A DNA stretch of 64,000 nucleotides from Cyanophora paradoxa CCMP329. Lineage: Eukaryota; Plantae; Glaucophyta. The DNA is taken from contig QPMI01000015.1 in NCBI GenBank assembly GCA_004431415.1, positions 310,001-374,000 on the forward strand, in the 5' to 3' direction. Positions 1-12,320 of the stretch are shown here, in pieces. Positions within the stretch are counted from its first letter, which is position 1; each line of letters begins with the position of its first letter. The translations under genes were made by a program, and so were the position numbers. The notes under the pieces were generated by a model that worked only from the letters and a program-made list of their open reading frames with translations, was not told where the DNA came from and did not search any database.

Positions 1-237
1 AGGGCGAGCTAATAGAAGCGCCCATTGGGCTCCTGGACACCGCCCGCGTCGTTTCTGATCCCTCCGACAGGTTTCCGCTGCCGCGCGCAGCTGGGTCGAG
101 AACGTGCGGAGGCATCGCCGCCTGCGCATTGGTGTCTAGCTGAAGGTTCTGCCGCCGCATCCCCGCCCGCGCGCACCGCGCACCGATTCGGAACTCGTGC
201 GCAGGTTGCGCGCCATCGATATCGACACCGCTCGAGC

Positions 238-1461
238 ATGAGCGCGTACTGGAACCACGAGCGGGTCTCCTTCTCCGAAGGTCCCTGCGCCGTCGTCAAG
301 TCGAATCCCTACCCGTGGCTTTCGGGAGGCTTCGTCCCGCCCGGGCTCTTCCCGCCGCAGCGGCAGCCGGGCCACTGCGATGCGCATCCCGCGGAGCACC
401 CGCCGGCCAGCAGCGAGGGATCGGGCGGCCTCAGTGCCTTCGGGAAGCTCGACAGGCACCTGTCCATCCAGGTCCTGTCGCTGCTCGACGGGGCCGGGCG
501 CGCGGTCGCGTCGCTCGTCTGCCGCGAGTGGCTCGCCGTCATCCGGTCCGAGTGGCCGTGGCGCTCCCTCCGCTCCATCGCCCCGGGGCACTCGATCCAC
601 GGCTCCGCGGCGCCCGGCCCGGCCTCTAGCCCCTTCCCGGACGACCGGCGGCACCTGCGCTGGCTCGAGTCGGCCGACCTGACCGCGACGCCCGACCTGG
701 CGATCGAGCTGCTGGGGCTCGTCCAGTGCGCGGGCGGCCTCCGCCGCCTCAGCGTCCGCTTCAACCGGCCCTCCGCGGAGGCCCTCGATGCGGTCGCCGC
801 CGTCGCCCCGCGGCTCCAGGAGCTCGAGCTGGACTTCGTGTCGCCGGCCGCCTTCGCCGGCGAGGAGGCCGCCTGCACGGAGGCCATGCGGCGCCTCCTC
901 GGCAGCTGCGGCGAGGTCGCCCGCCTCGCCGTCTCGGGCGGCGGCGAGGGCGCCGGCCCCGGGTCGCCCGCCGCCCTCGTGGACGACGCCGGCGTTCACG
1001 CCCTCGCGGAGAGCGCCGGGCCCTCCCTTCGCTCCCTCCACCTCATCTCGGCCTTTGCGCCGACGCTGCCGGCGCTCTCGGCCCTCCTGGCGCGCTGCCC
1101 CTCCCTCACATGCCTCTCCTTCTCCCGCCAGCGCTTCGAGCCGATCTTCGGCTCCTCCGCGCACCCCCCCGAGTCCGAACCCCGGGCCTCGTCGCCCTGC
1201 CGGCTGCCGTACCCCGCCTACCCCTTCATCGGGAGCTCGGCGCGCGTCGAGGTGCGGGCCGAGGAGCTGGGGCGCGAGGCGGCGGTGGCCGAGGCCGTCC
1301 GCATCCTGGAGTCCATCTACGCGGGGGCCTTCACGCACCAGGCCTCTTCCTTCAGGGCCGCCCCCTCCTTCGCCGACCTCGGCGGCAGCGCCCTCCTCGC
1401 GCACTGCGGGAGCCCCATGCTCCTGCACCGCGCCTCGGTCGACCTCGTCCTCGTCTGCTGA
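238..1461 (+). CDS. F-box protein with degenerate LRR (RNI-like) C-terminus
   Basis: Open frame from ATG 238 (MSAYWNHE...). It carries an F-box-like motif FGKLDRHLSIQVLSLLDGAGRAVASLVCREWLAVIRSEWPWRSL, then LRR-like segments (LRRLSV, LQELEL, LRSLHL, RCPSLTCLSF). An upstream exon is possible. Confidence 0.75.
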   Translation: MSAYWNHERVSFSEGPCAVVKSNPYPWLSGGFVPPGLFPPQRQPGHCDAHPAEHPPASSEGSGGLSAFGKLDRHLSIQVLSLLDGAGRAVASLVCREWLAVIRSEWPWRSLRSIAPGHSIHGSAAPGPASSPFPDDRRHLRWLESADLTATPDLAIELLGLVQCAGGLRRLSVRFNRPSAEALDAVAAVAPRLQELELDFVSPAAFAGEEAACTEAMRRLLGSCGEVARLAVSGGGEGAGPGSPAALVDDAGVHALAESAGPSLRSLHLISAFAPTLPALSALLARCPSLTCLSFSRQRFEPIFGSSAHPPESEPRASSPCRLPYPAYPFIGSSARVEVRAEELGREAAVAEAVRILESIYAGAFTHQASSFRAAPSFADLGGSALLAHCGSPMLLHRASVDLVLVC

Positions 1462-1689
1462 AGCTCGAGTGCGAAACTTTTCTCGACGTTGGCGTTGCCA
1501 AGTTGTACCTTGCATCACAGCGGTGTTCATCGCTTGTACCATAGTTAGTAATCTATCGTACGGTATTCGCTCTTTCCCTGGTCTCAGACCGACCTCTTTT
1601 GATGTACCTTTGATTTTCTAAATCAGCCCCCGCATTTTGCAGCTGCGTGTAATTTTCCTCGTGTAGAGATGTGCTGCCCGGCAGCAGAA

Positions 1690-2395
1690 CTTTTGGGCCA
1701 CTGGGCCATGCTTCCAGAAAGTTCCGATATCGATGATCAGCTTGCAGGATTCCGAATGATTGAATTTCCTGCCAGCGCCCAGCCAGTGGCGCGACGGTCC
1801 GGATTCTCGTGTCCTCTTTAACGTCCGTAGCCTAGCAGTAGCCTAGTAGCGATAGACAGTCGGACTCGTAGACTCGAATATTTCGATTTTCCGACTCAAT
1901 TTCAGCTTCGGATCATTGGATTCGGTAGAAGGTAGAGGTAGGTATGCCATGATCGGCAGTTCTTGGCGTATTTATTCTACAACGCCGTGACGTGACAGAC
2001 TACTACTCATGCCATGATGATCATGGTCAGCCCGGCCTGGCAGATCCGGACCCTTTCGATACACTGCAGCTTCGAATTCAGTTCTCATCATCATGGCAGC
2101 CACTGGGCCATGATGCCGTATTGATCATGCAACGTTAACGTTCAAGTGGTTTTTCACGGTTCACGGTTAACGGTCCGACGGTCACCGGCTTCAACGTAAT
2201 GCAGAAATCATTGAACTCGTAATCAGATATTTGGAGCCGCGCCGCGCCTAACTTAGTAATAATTGAATTATAATCATGATCAGTCCGACGGTCGACGTCT
2301 TCCGAGTTCCGAGTAACGCGCATTTTTATCATCAAGGCTCCCACTGGGCCATAAATTTTAAGGGTTCCGAGTTCAACGGTTAACAGGGCCTAGCT
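1690..2395. repeat. Lower-GC intergenic island with CCACTGGGCCA x3 and (A)ACGGT motifs; probable decayed non-autonomous DNA-transposon sequence
   Basis: CCACTGGGCCA at 1698, 2100 and 2341; clustered ACGGT motifs at 2155-2185 and 2371. The same motifs recur near 12.4-12.6 kb and 57.8-58.0 kb. Confidence 0.45.
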
Positions 2396-2538
2396 GTAGG
2401 CTCGTTCGCAGAATTATAGATCTTGATAATCACCACCACACAACGAACAGCACTGCAGCTGCCTGGCCAGAAAGGGATAGGAAAGTGCAGGGCCCGGCCC
2501 GGCCCGCCGGCGCCGCAGACGGCAGCGCGGTCGGAGGG

Positions 2539-5500
2539 TCACCTCCTGCCCTTCCCCGCACCGGCCTTGGCGGAGGGCTTGGCCGCCGCTTTCGCGGCCG
2601 GCGGCGGCTTGGGCTTCGCCGGGGCCTTCCCCTTCGCCTTCCCCTGGGGCTTGCTCTCGGCTGGGGCCGCCTTCCCCCGCGGCGACCGCCGGACCGGGGC
2701 CTTCGCCGCAGCCGCCGCCGGCGGCGGCTCCGACCCGCCCTCGCTGCCCTCGCCCTCGCCCTCCCCCTCCTCTTCGGCCCCGCTCGAGGCGGAAGAGGAG
2801 GAGCTCGCCTCGACGGGCGCCGCCTTCTTTGCCGCCTTCTTGGCCGCCGGCGCTTTCCTGCAGCAACGTCGGCGGGTCAGGGGCAGCGCGCGGGCACGCT
2901 TGAAGGGCCCGTCGGGTCTCGAAAGGAGGGCGCACTTGGCCGGCAGGGGGATCGACGACTCGGCGTCGCTCCCGCCGCTCTCGCCGCCGCTCTCCTGCGC
3001 CTGCGCCTCGGCGGCCTTTCCCCTCTTCTTCGGCGTCGGCGCCGCTGGCTTTCTCTTCCGCTTCCTGCGCGCGGGACGCCGCCGCGATCAGAGCGATCAG
3101 AGAGACTCCTCCCCGAACGGGCCCGCACCCGTTCTCCGCGGGCTGCTTCTTGGCCTCTGCCGACGGCCTCTTGGAGGGGCGCCCCCCCTCTTGCTCCCCC
3201 TCCCCCTCCTCCTCTTCCTCGGCGGCGCCGCCCTCGTCCCGCTGCTCGGCCGCCTGCCTCCTCATCTGCCGCTGCGCCGCCGCCTTCGCGCCGCGCTTCG
3301 GCCTCCTGCGCGCCCCCGCTCGTGAGACGAGACGAGACGGGACCCGAGGGTCCGCGCGGCCGGCCCCTCGACGCACTCGGCCGGAGGAGCGCTCGCCCGC
3401 CCCTTCCCCTTCCCCTCTCCCTCTTCCTCGCCCCCGCTCGCGCCCCCGTCCTCGCCCTCGCCCTCGCCCTTGCTCCCGTCGTCGGTCGAGGGGCGCCTCC
3501 TTTGCCGGGCGGCCGACTTCGGGCGCGCGCTGGAGGATGAAGCGGACTGCAGCGAGGCTCCGTTGGACGGGGCGAGGAAAGAATGGAAGGTGGAGCGAGC
3601 ACCTGCTGCGAGGGCCGCGAGGGGCCCGGCGTGCTCGGCGTCGTACCCCCCGAGCGCGGCGTCCGCTTGCCCTTCTGCGGCGCGCGTCGGGCGAGGTGGG
3701 CGAGGCGCGACGGGCGGCGGGCGGCGGGTGAGAGCGCGGGGGCGCACGCCGGAGGGCCTGTTCGGAGTGCCGTCCGCGAGGGCAATGGCCTTCCGTTCAG
3801 CGCCCTGCGCCCGGCCTGTGGTCAGAAGGCGATCTCAGAGCGGCGGGCTGCGGGGCACGCGGGCCTTCAGAATGTCCTTGGGGACGTATTGCGTGGAAAG
3901 CTGCGGTCGGCGGGGCGGCGGTCAGGCGGAGGGGCGGAGAGCGGGGGGAAGGAAAAGGGGCCCGGGACCGGACCCGCTGGGCGGCCGCGGCGCGGTCCAG
4001 AGGGAGGAAGAAGTCGGGCCACAGCGAGACCTGCGGCGCGGCCGGCTCGCTTAGCGAAGGGGGAGGGGGATACGAGGTACTTGCCTGGGGGCCGAGGGCG
4101 GAGGGGACGAGGGCGGCCGGCTCGCTTAGGGAGGGGGGGGGGAAGAAAAAGGGGGGTACGAGGTGCTTGCCTGGGGGACGAGGGCGGAGGGCCCGGCGGC
4201 GGCGGGCTTCGTGCGCGCCGCGTCGAGGGCGACGAGGAGGGCGAGGTCCGCGACCTCCAGGAGGGCCTGCGGGGGGAGGGGAGGACGAGGAGGGGGAGGT
4301 CAGGGGTAAGAGGAAGGAGGAGGGTGTCCGGGTTAGATCAGAACAACTTCGAGAAGAGGACGACTAGATAGATGAAAAGATTGGACAGATTAGAAATTGA
4401 AGGGATCGAAGCAGAGCCGGGGTGCACGGTGCATCCCGGGTCAATTAGAAAGATTAATTAGATGTAAAGATTGGACGGATCAAATTGGAGGGACCGAAGC
4501 AGAGCCGGGAGCGCAGCGCACTGAGGAGCCGGGGTCGAGGGCGTCGTCGGTCTGCTTGACGGAGAGCAGCAGCTGCTGCACGTACGGGAAGTTGTCCCCG
4601 CGCCCCAGCTGCGCGAGGTGAGAAAGACAGAGGGACAGGGGAGAAGGCGAGGAGGACGAGCCTCGATGAGGGGCTGGAGGTAGGCCTGGAGGCACCGGGC
4701 CGCGCCCTTGTACTGCGCAGCCACGCCCCCGGGTCGCTCAGAAAGGAGGGACGGGGCGACGGGGGCGGGGGCGGGCGGCGAGCGGGGTCCGGGATGGCTT
4801 CTAAATCAAACTAATCTCATTCCAAGAAAACAATGGTCGCCGTTTAGGACTAGTTTTCCGTCAGAACGGCGCGGCGCACGCCGGGCTGGTCGCCGGCGAA
4901 GTTGGCTTAGAAATCAAGCTTATTTCTCTCTAGGATAGAAGACGGGCCGCCGTTTATGACTAGTTCTCCAAGACATCGATATAGACGATTAGAAGTATGT
5001 CTAAATTCTAAAGACGATTCGATAGACGATATCCATAGACGATTCTAAATTAGAAGTATGTCTAAGAGAAGAGGGGTCGCCGTTTAGGACTGGATCTAGT
5101 CTAGGGCGCACGGCGGGCTGGTCGTCGGCGAAGTTGGGGCGGTGGGCGACGACGAGGACGAGGAAGGGGACGAGGTCCTCCACGACCTGAGGGGAGGTCA
5201 TGGTCAGGCGGGCGATGGTCAGGCGGGCGAACGAAGGGGGAGTTTTATGTTGTATTTGGTGGATTTATTAGGTGAATTATGTCTCGGATAGGTAAACGAT
5301 TAATTAATATTCCTAGCCAAGTTACGGTTAGCGTCGAGGATCGAGATCAAGTGTATTCTGTTAAAGGACGAAAGGACGGGGGCGGGGCGGGGGTCGGGTC
5401 AGACGGCGCTCGCCTTGGCTTGCGTGTTGGCGGTGCGCCGCTTCCAGTCGGCCATCGTGCTCCGGAGCGCCGCGAGGGCCTGCGCTCGAGATGAGATGAG

Positions 5501-8500
5501 GGACGAGAGATGGGCGATGGGAGAGCGGAGGGGAGGCGCACGGCGGCGGCGATGGGCTTCGAGGAGTCCTCGGCGCCGAGGGCGAGGGCGACGAGGAAGC
5601 GGGGCGACATGCCCTCCCGCCCTAGCCGCTCAAGCTTGGCCACGAAGCGCCGCCGCAGACCCGGCGTCTCGCCGAGCATCGGCCAGCACGCGGCGAGGGA
5701 GAGCTCGGGCGTCAGGAGCCGGTAGAGGTGCCCCTCGGCCGTCACCCGCGCCACGCTCAGCGCCGCCGCCTGCCGGAGGAACTCCGCGTCCACCGCCGCC
5801 CTGCCGCGCGCGAGAAGCTTAGAGGAAAGAGCGCCGGTAAATCGAATTTTAGAACATAAGTTCGATTCTTCTTCAGGAGAGCGCGGGGAGGGCGAGGAGG
5901 GGGCGCACTGGCCGCCGGAGTTGTCGCCGTCCTCGGCGGGCCGCTGGTCCATGAGGCGCTGGAGGACTTTCACGACGGCGCCGCCGGCCGCCTGCGCGTC
6001 TTCCTTGCCGAGCCCCAGCAGGAACTTCACGAGAACCTTGGCCGCCGCCGCCTGCACCAGCCCACACGCTCGATCGCTCGCTTGCTCGCTTGCGGAGCGC
6101 GCGTCGGGGCCGGGAGAGCGCACGCGTATGCGGGCGTCCTCGCTCGGCTCTCCGGCGGCAGCCGCCGCTTGCTGCCGTCGCTCCTTCTTGTTGCCGCCCG
6201 CCTTGGCCGGAGACTGCGGCGGCGGCGGCAGGCAGGGCTGAGCGGGCGCAGCGGGGACGCGGACGCCAAAAGGGCGAGGGCACCTTGGCGCCTGTGCCGC
6301 CGCTGCCGAAGATGATGCCGCTGACGAGGACGCTCGTGAGCTTCTTCTTCTCCGCGTCAAACAGCTGCGCGGCGACGTCGTCGCCGTCAGTTCTGAGCAG
6401 AAGCAGCGGCGGGCGGGCGGGCGCCGGCGCGGGAATCTCTTTTTCTAACAAGAAAGAGAAAAATTATGAGTGGATCGATTCAAAGAGGCGCGCCTGCGGG
6501 AGGTGGAAGGCGAAGGCGGCGAGGACGCGGAGGGCGGCCCGCAGCTCGGGCCCCGCGAGCTTCGGGAGGGCCCCCGCGAGCTCGCGGAAGGCGTCCCCCA
6601 GCAGCTCCGAGGCCTCGTCGGCCCCCGCCGCCGCCGCGAGGCGCACGGCCGCCTTCGCAGCCCGCCCGTCCCCGCGCCGCGCCTCCACGATGGGCGCCAG
6701 CCGGCCCCGCAGGTCCCTGCCCCTCGCCTCAGAACGAAGAGAAAGCTACGAGCCTCGAGCCTGGCGCCGGCGCACTCGAGGGCGTCCGGGTCGCGCGCCG
6801 CGAGCTCGGGGACGGCGGGGGCGAGGCAGAGGAGGGCGCCCTCGGCGAGCGGCGCGTGCCCCACGAGCGGGACGAGCGCGGGGGCCGCCGCCGCGACCGA
6901 CCGCGGGCACGCCTCGCCCATCGCCTGCGGGCAAGATTCTTAGAGGCCGGGCGAACGAAGGAGTGAGCAAGAGCTGGGCCGCTCGCCTTCAGGAGCGCGA
7001 GCGCCGCCGCGGCCTCGCCCTTGGCCTCCTCCCGGTCCTCGGACGGGGCCGGCGCCGGGCTCTCGGCGGCCCCCGAGGAGGTGCGCCGGCGCTTGCCGGC
7101 CTTGGGCGCGGGCGCGGCCGGCGCCGGCGCGGCCGCCTGCGCGATGGCCGCCAGCTCGCGCGCGACGGCCCCCGAGAGCGACGTCGCCGTCGCCCGGCGC
7201 AGCACCGCCCGGACCGGCTCGTGCTCGCCGCCCTTGGCCGCCCCCATGCGCGCCAGCGCGTCCGCCTGCGAGCGCGGCGCGGCGCGGCGCGCTCGGCGGG
7301 GGCCGCGGGCGGGGGAAGCATCGTTTGCGGGGCGGGGCGCACGAGGGCCGAGCGGGCGGCGCCGGGCTCCGTGTCCGCGTCAGAGGCCTTGGCGAGGGCC
7401 GCGAAGACCTGCGGGGCGCCGCCCTCAGCTTCTTGTTAGCACGAGAATCGTTCTTAAAATGAACGTTAAGACGCTGTAGGCCAATTTACGTATATTTTCT
7501 CATTTAATTGGATTTCAACGCTAAAAAGCTATAAATTCTTAACGATTTGGGCATATTCTAAAATAAACCGGGGGCGGGGCGGGCCTTGTTGTCCTTGTGG
7601 GAGTAGGCGGCGCGCAGCTGCTTCAGCGCGTCGTCGGGGGCGGGGAACCCCTGCACGAGCATGCGGATGCACGCCTCGACGGGCGACCCGGGCGAGCTCT
7701 CCAGCGGCTGGGCGGAGATTCAGCACATCGGGGCGAGACGAGCTCGGAGCTGAGCGCCCGCCCGCACCTTTTTGGCGGCCCGGAGCTCGGCCAGCTTCCT
7801 CAGGAGCTTCATGCAGCTGCCGGGGGCGGTAAGAGCGGGCGGGGCGGGGCGGGCGGGCGGGCGGGGCCGGGCGCGCCGTGCGTGCTCCCTTAGGTACGCC
7901 GCCAGGAAGCCGGCGGAGGAGCGGCCCTCGCCGTTGCTGGCGTGGCACGACCGGTAGAGCGCGAGCAGGCGGCGCGCCCGCGCCTCGGGCGCCGCCGACG
8001 CCCCCAGCAGCGCGTCCTCGACGACCCCGTCCAAGAAGACGCTTCGTATCGGATCGGCGAGCGCGCACACGCAGAGATCTGAACGGCGCACCGGTCCTCG
8101 CTCTGAGAGGGGTTGGCGAGAGAGCAGTAGGCGGCGAAGAGGCGCGCGGGGATGGCGGCGAGGGGCGCCCAGGCGCCGGCGTCCTGCCCGATGGCCTCCA
8201 CGTACGCCTCCGCGAGCCGCTTGGAGGCCTCCCGCCGCACCGTCACCTGCCGCCCCCCGGCGCCCTCTCGTGAGCCGGGGAGGGACGGCCCGGACGCCGG
8301 CGCGGGCGCGCCTTGCGGTCGAGGAGGCAGCGGGAGACCGCAGCGACGGTGCTCTCCCGCTCGTGCAGCTTGGCGGACGGGCGCTCGCGCATCGCGTCTG
8401 AGGTTGGTCAAGTCAGCGGAGCGAGACGGGCGGAGCCGGCGGGGCGGGCCGCGCGCACCCCAGAGGGCCGCAGCGGCCGCCAGGCGGACCCGCTCCTCGC

Positions 8501-10281
8501 CATCCTGCGTCCGCACCTCGCACTTGGCTGCGGTCGCACGGGGTCGCCGGGTCAGCCGCCGGCTCTGAGGGCCAGCCGAAAACCGCTTCGGAGGCGGCGC
8601 GCACCGACGATCTCGTTGAAGAGGGGATTGCCCGGGTGGATGCGGAGCAGCAGGGTCCTCGCGTGCCCGCACATGACCTCCCGCACCTTGGCGTTCGTGT
8701 CGTCGAGCCTGCGGGGCCCTCAGCCCTCCTAGAGGAAGAGAGATCGAAGAGCGACAGACGGACCGCTGCACGAAGTTGGCGGGGACGGCGCCCGGGCCGG
8801 CGGCGGCGGCGCCGGGCCGCTGCTCCCTCCCCACCAGGCGAACGCTCATCTCCATAGCCCGAAGCCTCACGTCCACCTCGTCGCTCTGCGGTCGCGAACA
8901 AACATCGACCCGACGGCAGAGAAAAAAAGCCTTCCGGGCCCGCCCGCGGCGGACGGACCCGCAGCTGGTCGTCGATGAGGGGAAGGGCGGCGAACACGAA
9001 GTTGGGGCCGACGGCGCCCAGCTCGACGAGAAGCTCCATGACCTGCTTCTGGAGCGCGGGCGGGATCTCCTCGTCCCGCGCCTCCTGCCCGGTTCGAATT
9101 CGAATTTGAATTTGAATTCTTTCAGGGTCGCCGCCGAGGGGGCCGCGCACCGAGTCGTCGGCGAGGAGGGCGGTGAGGAACTCGTTCACGGGCCGCTCGA
9201 TGCGGGGCGCGGTGACCTCGAGCAGCTTCCGGGCGAGCCGGTAGCGCTCCTTGTTATCCTCCCGCGCGGGGGGTACCAGGTTCTGCAGGATCTCCCCAAG
9301 GAACGTGTTCGAGAGGCCATCCGCCTCGTCGATCGCGGCCGCCAGCCACGAGACGATCTCCCGCTCCACCTTGTTGCTGTGGCCGCTCCTGCACGGCGGG
9401 GGCTCGTTCGCCGGGGCGCCCCGGGCGCGGGGAGGGGCGCGCGTGGGGGCGGGGCCGCCGCGCACGAGATGACCCCGAAAAGCGTGCGAACGTTCTCGAC
9501 CATCAGGTCGTCCGCCATATCTAGGCTGACCATCAGGACCTGGGCGGGCGGATCAGGTCAGGGGGGCGAAGCCCGGCGGGCCGCGGGCGGGCGCACAGCC
9601 GCCTTCACGATGTTCAGACGCTCCAGCATCCAGATGTAACGCGGAAACAACGGGCCGGAGGGGTTGTCCAGGCCCTTGAACTGCTCGCAGAAGAGCAGGA
9701 AAACCCGCTGCGCCGCGGGTCTCATTCGAATTGTCGGTGCGGCCTCGGCGGCCATGCGCGGCCGCTGCACGCAGCGCATGCGCTGAGCTCAAAAACGGAC
9801 CCGGAGTATCGCATCGTCGTAAGGAGGGTCCGGAGCTTCGATTTCGAACGGGCACGCTCAAATCAGCAGAGTGCGACGCGCGGCAGCTCGGGCGCGCCGC
9901 ACCGAAGATGCGGATTACGTCGGCTAGGCAGCATGCTGTGAATGCCTTCACTGTCTTGTCCTGGGCGAGCGTCAGCACGTGGCGCAAAAGCGAACGCTTG
10001 AGCGAGGTCGTACGGCGTGCTGCGTGAGGCGCTTGTCAATGAGATCTGCGTATACCTCGAGCTTGTCGCTGGGGTAGTCCTGGGAGCAGGACGCGAGGAA
10101 AGTGTGCAGCGCCTGCCGATGGAGCGGTCAGCCAGCTCCAGCGCAGCGCCCGCACGCTTCGGGGCGGCGCAGATACCTTAAGCCGCTTCACTAATTCATC
10201 CTTGTTCGAGACAGCGGTGCGCAGGAAGCCGCCGGCCACCATCTGGCCCTCGGAGTACGCGCCGGCGCTGGAGGACGCCAT
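2539..10281 (-). CDS. PDS5: Sister chromatid cohesion protein PDS5 (multi-exon, HEAT repeats, disordered K/A/E-rich tail)
   Basis: Exon translations SNKDELVKRLK, DKTVKAFTACCLADVIRIF, FCEQFKGLDNPSGPLFPRYIWMLERLNIVK, TVRREASKRLAEAY and VVEDLVPFLVLVVAHRPNF match PDS5 motifs. The tail ends ...AKAGAGKGRR* at 2539. Confidence 0.88.
4038..5140. repeat. Imperfect tandem duplications of splice-junction segments inside PDS5 introns
   Basis: 4038-4105 resembles 4113-4191; 4366-4434 resembles 4459-4521; 4835-4906 resembles 5075-5140. Confidence 0.75.
5241..5376 (+). pseudogene. rpl6: NUPT: plastid-derived rps8 3' end, spacer and rpl6 5' end, inside a PDS5 intron (antisense)
   Basis: AT-rich insert. GTT TTA TGT TGT ATT TGG TGG resembles the rps8 end (VLCYIW*). 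It is followed by an SD-like AGGTG and ATG 5279 MSRIGKRLINIPSQVTVS..DQVYSVKG, the uL6 N-terminus. The order matches the spc operon. Confidence 0.88.
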
Positions 10282-10892
10282 GATGCTATCTGCACTGCGC
10301 TTCCCGCGGCGGTACGTCGCGATGCCGCCGCTGCTTGCCCAGATGTTCGGCGCGAACGCGGGGGTACACGCTGAAGCAGCTTGTCATCAACCGCAACCGA
10401 GCCTGCTCCAACCGGGCCCGTGCCTCTGATGCCTGTGATGCTGTGATCCTCCACAACAACCAGCCAGCTCGCCCGCGTCGAGTTGATGCCCGGCGCTCAA
10501 TCAGCCAGCTGCAGCGCGGACGGCCCCGTGTGCGCATCAAGCTCCAGCATCTTATCTCGCGGAGCGGCCGGCTCCGCCGTCGTCCCGGCTTTCGCGACCT
10601 CGACCCTGGCTTGCCTGGGCGCTCGGCTGCAGCCGGGTCACTACTACCGGGCGATCACTTGCAATCGCATTTCCAGCGCGTCAGCGCTCGCCCAACTCGG
10701 CCTGCCTGTCGCGAAGCGCTTCTCGCGTAGCTCTACCTTCACCGGCTCGCCTTTACAGCGCACCGGGTGGTGCGCTCTTATGGTGGCCCCGGTGTGCATC
10801 GGCTACAGGTTCACTCGCGCCGCAGGCTCGCACGAGGCGCTCGCGTGACGGGTTGCGCGGTTCATACGGCGCCAGTCTCGAGCTCCGCCTCC

Positions 10893-12266
10893 ATGCAGCC
10901 GAACGGGAGTCAAAGCACCATGCGCGTAATACGCGTTGATCGTCAGTCTCCGGACGATGCGCTGCTGGAGCCCGCTGCGCGCTTGCTACGCGAGGGCGAG
11001 ATAGTGGCCTTCCCCACCGAGACGGTCTACGGGCTGGGCGCGAACGCCCTCAGCGCTACCGTGCGCCTTTCGCTGGCTTTCATGCGTAGCGCGCGAAGCT
11101 GAAGTGACCCCCGCGCGCGTCCGTGCAGGCGTGCGCCAAGATCTTCACTGCCAAGGGCAGGCCCTCCGACAACCCCCTCATCGTCCACATCGCCAGCCTC
11201 GACATGCTTTCCCAGGTACGCCGGCCGTCGCTGCAACTCCTTTGGGGCTCACCTCGTGTCGCGCCGCCTAGCTCTCCCGGACCCCCCTCTCCGAGCTCCC
11301 CCCCCGCTTCCAGCAGACCATCGACCAGTTCTGGCCGGGCCCCCTCACCATTCTCTTCCCCCGCGCGGCGAGCGTCCCCGACATCGTCACTTCGGGACTG
11401 GACACGGTCGCCGTCCGCTTCCCATCCGACCCCGTCGCCTCTGCCCTCATCCACCGGGCCGGTGTGCCCGTCGCCGCCCCGAGTGCCAACATTTCCGGTG
11501 CGCTGGTGCCGTCTGCAGCTCCACTGCCGCCGTCCGAGCCGCGGCCGCATCCGCAGGGCGCCCAAGCGCGACGCGGGCAGAGCACGTTGTGGAGGACTTC
11601 GAGGGGCGCGTCCAGTGCGTTGTGGACGGCGGGCCCTGCGCCGTCGGACTCGAGTCGACCGTCCTCGACATGCTGCGCGACCCGCCCCTGATCCTCCGGC
11701 CCGGTGGCGTCACGCTGGAGGCCCTGCGCGCGGGGCCGCTGCCGGACGCGCTCCAGTACGGCCTCTCGCCGGGCGCCAGCCGCGATGCGGAGCTTGAGGC
11801 CAAGCCGACGACCCCGGGGATGAAGTACAAGCACTACAGCCCGAGTGCCGAGGTCGTTCTCTTCGTGGGGCGCAATGCTGGCGGAATCGGACGGCGCATT
11901 GCAGGGGAGGTCGAGGGGCTGCTCATGCACCAGAAGCCCGGCGGCCCGCCCCTTGGCCTCATCCTCCACTCGGGTGCCGTCGCGGGTTCTGCCGCCTGGC
12001 TCGCTCAGCGTTACCCCAACCTCTTCATCGTCGACCTCAGCACGTCCTCCCTCCCTGCCACCACCGAGGATGGTGAGGAGAGCGGCCTCGCCCCCGCCGC
12101 CGGTGGCACACCAGCCCTGGCACGGGACATCTTCCATGCCCTCCGCCTCCTGGACACACGGCAGTGCTCGCAAATCTTTGTGGAGGGGACCTCAGAAGAG
12201 GGCATTGGCGCCGCCGTCATGAACCGCCTCCGCAAGGCGGCCTCCAATGTCATCGACTGCTCCTAG
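10893..12266 (+). CDS. SUA5: Threonylcarbamoyl-AMP synthase Sua5 (YrdC plus SUA5 domain)
   Basis: VAFPTETVYGLGANA, KIFTAKGRPSDNPLIVH, FWPGPLTIL, PVAAPSANISG, DGGPCAVGLESTV, TPGMKYKHYSP and AVMNRLRKAA, across 4 exons. Confidence 0.95.
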
Positions 12267-12320
12267 ACAACAGCCCTCAGGATTGAGCATGCGCAGCCTG
12301 GACTCCCCACTCCCATCCTG

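Noticed and set aside
5279-5494. ORF starting MSRIGKR as a functional nuclear rpl6 gene
   Set aside because: Similarity ends after ~30 codons, there is no targeting peptide, and it lies antisense in a PDS5 intron.
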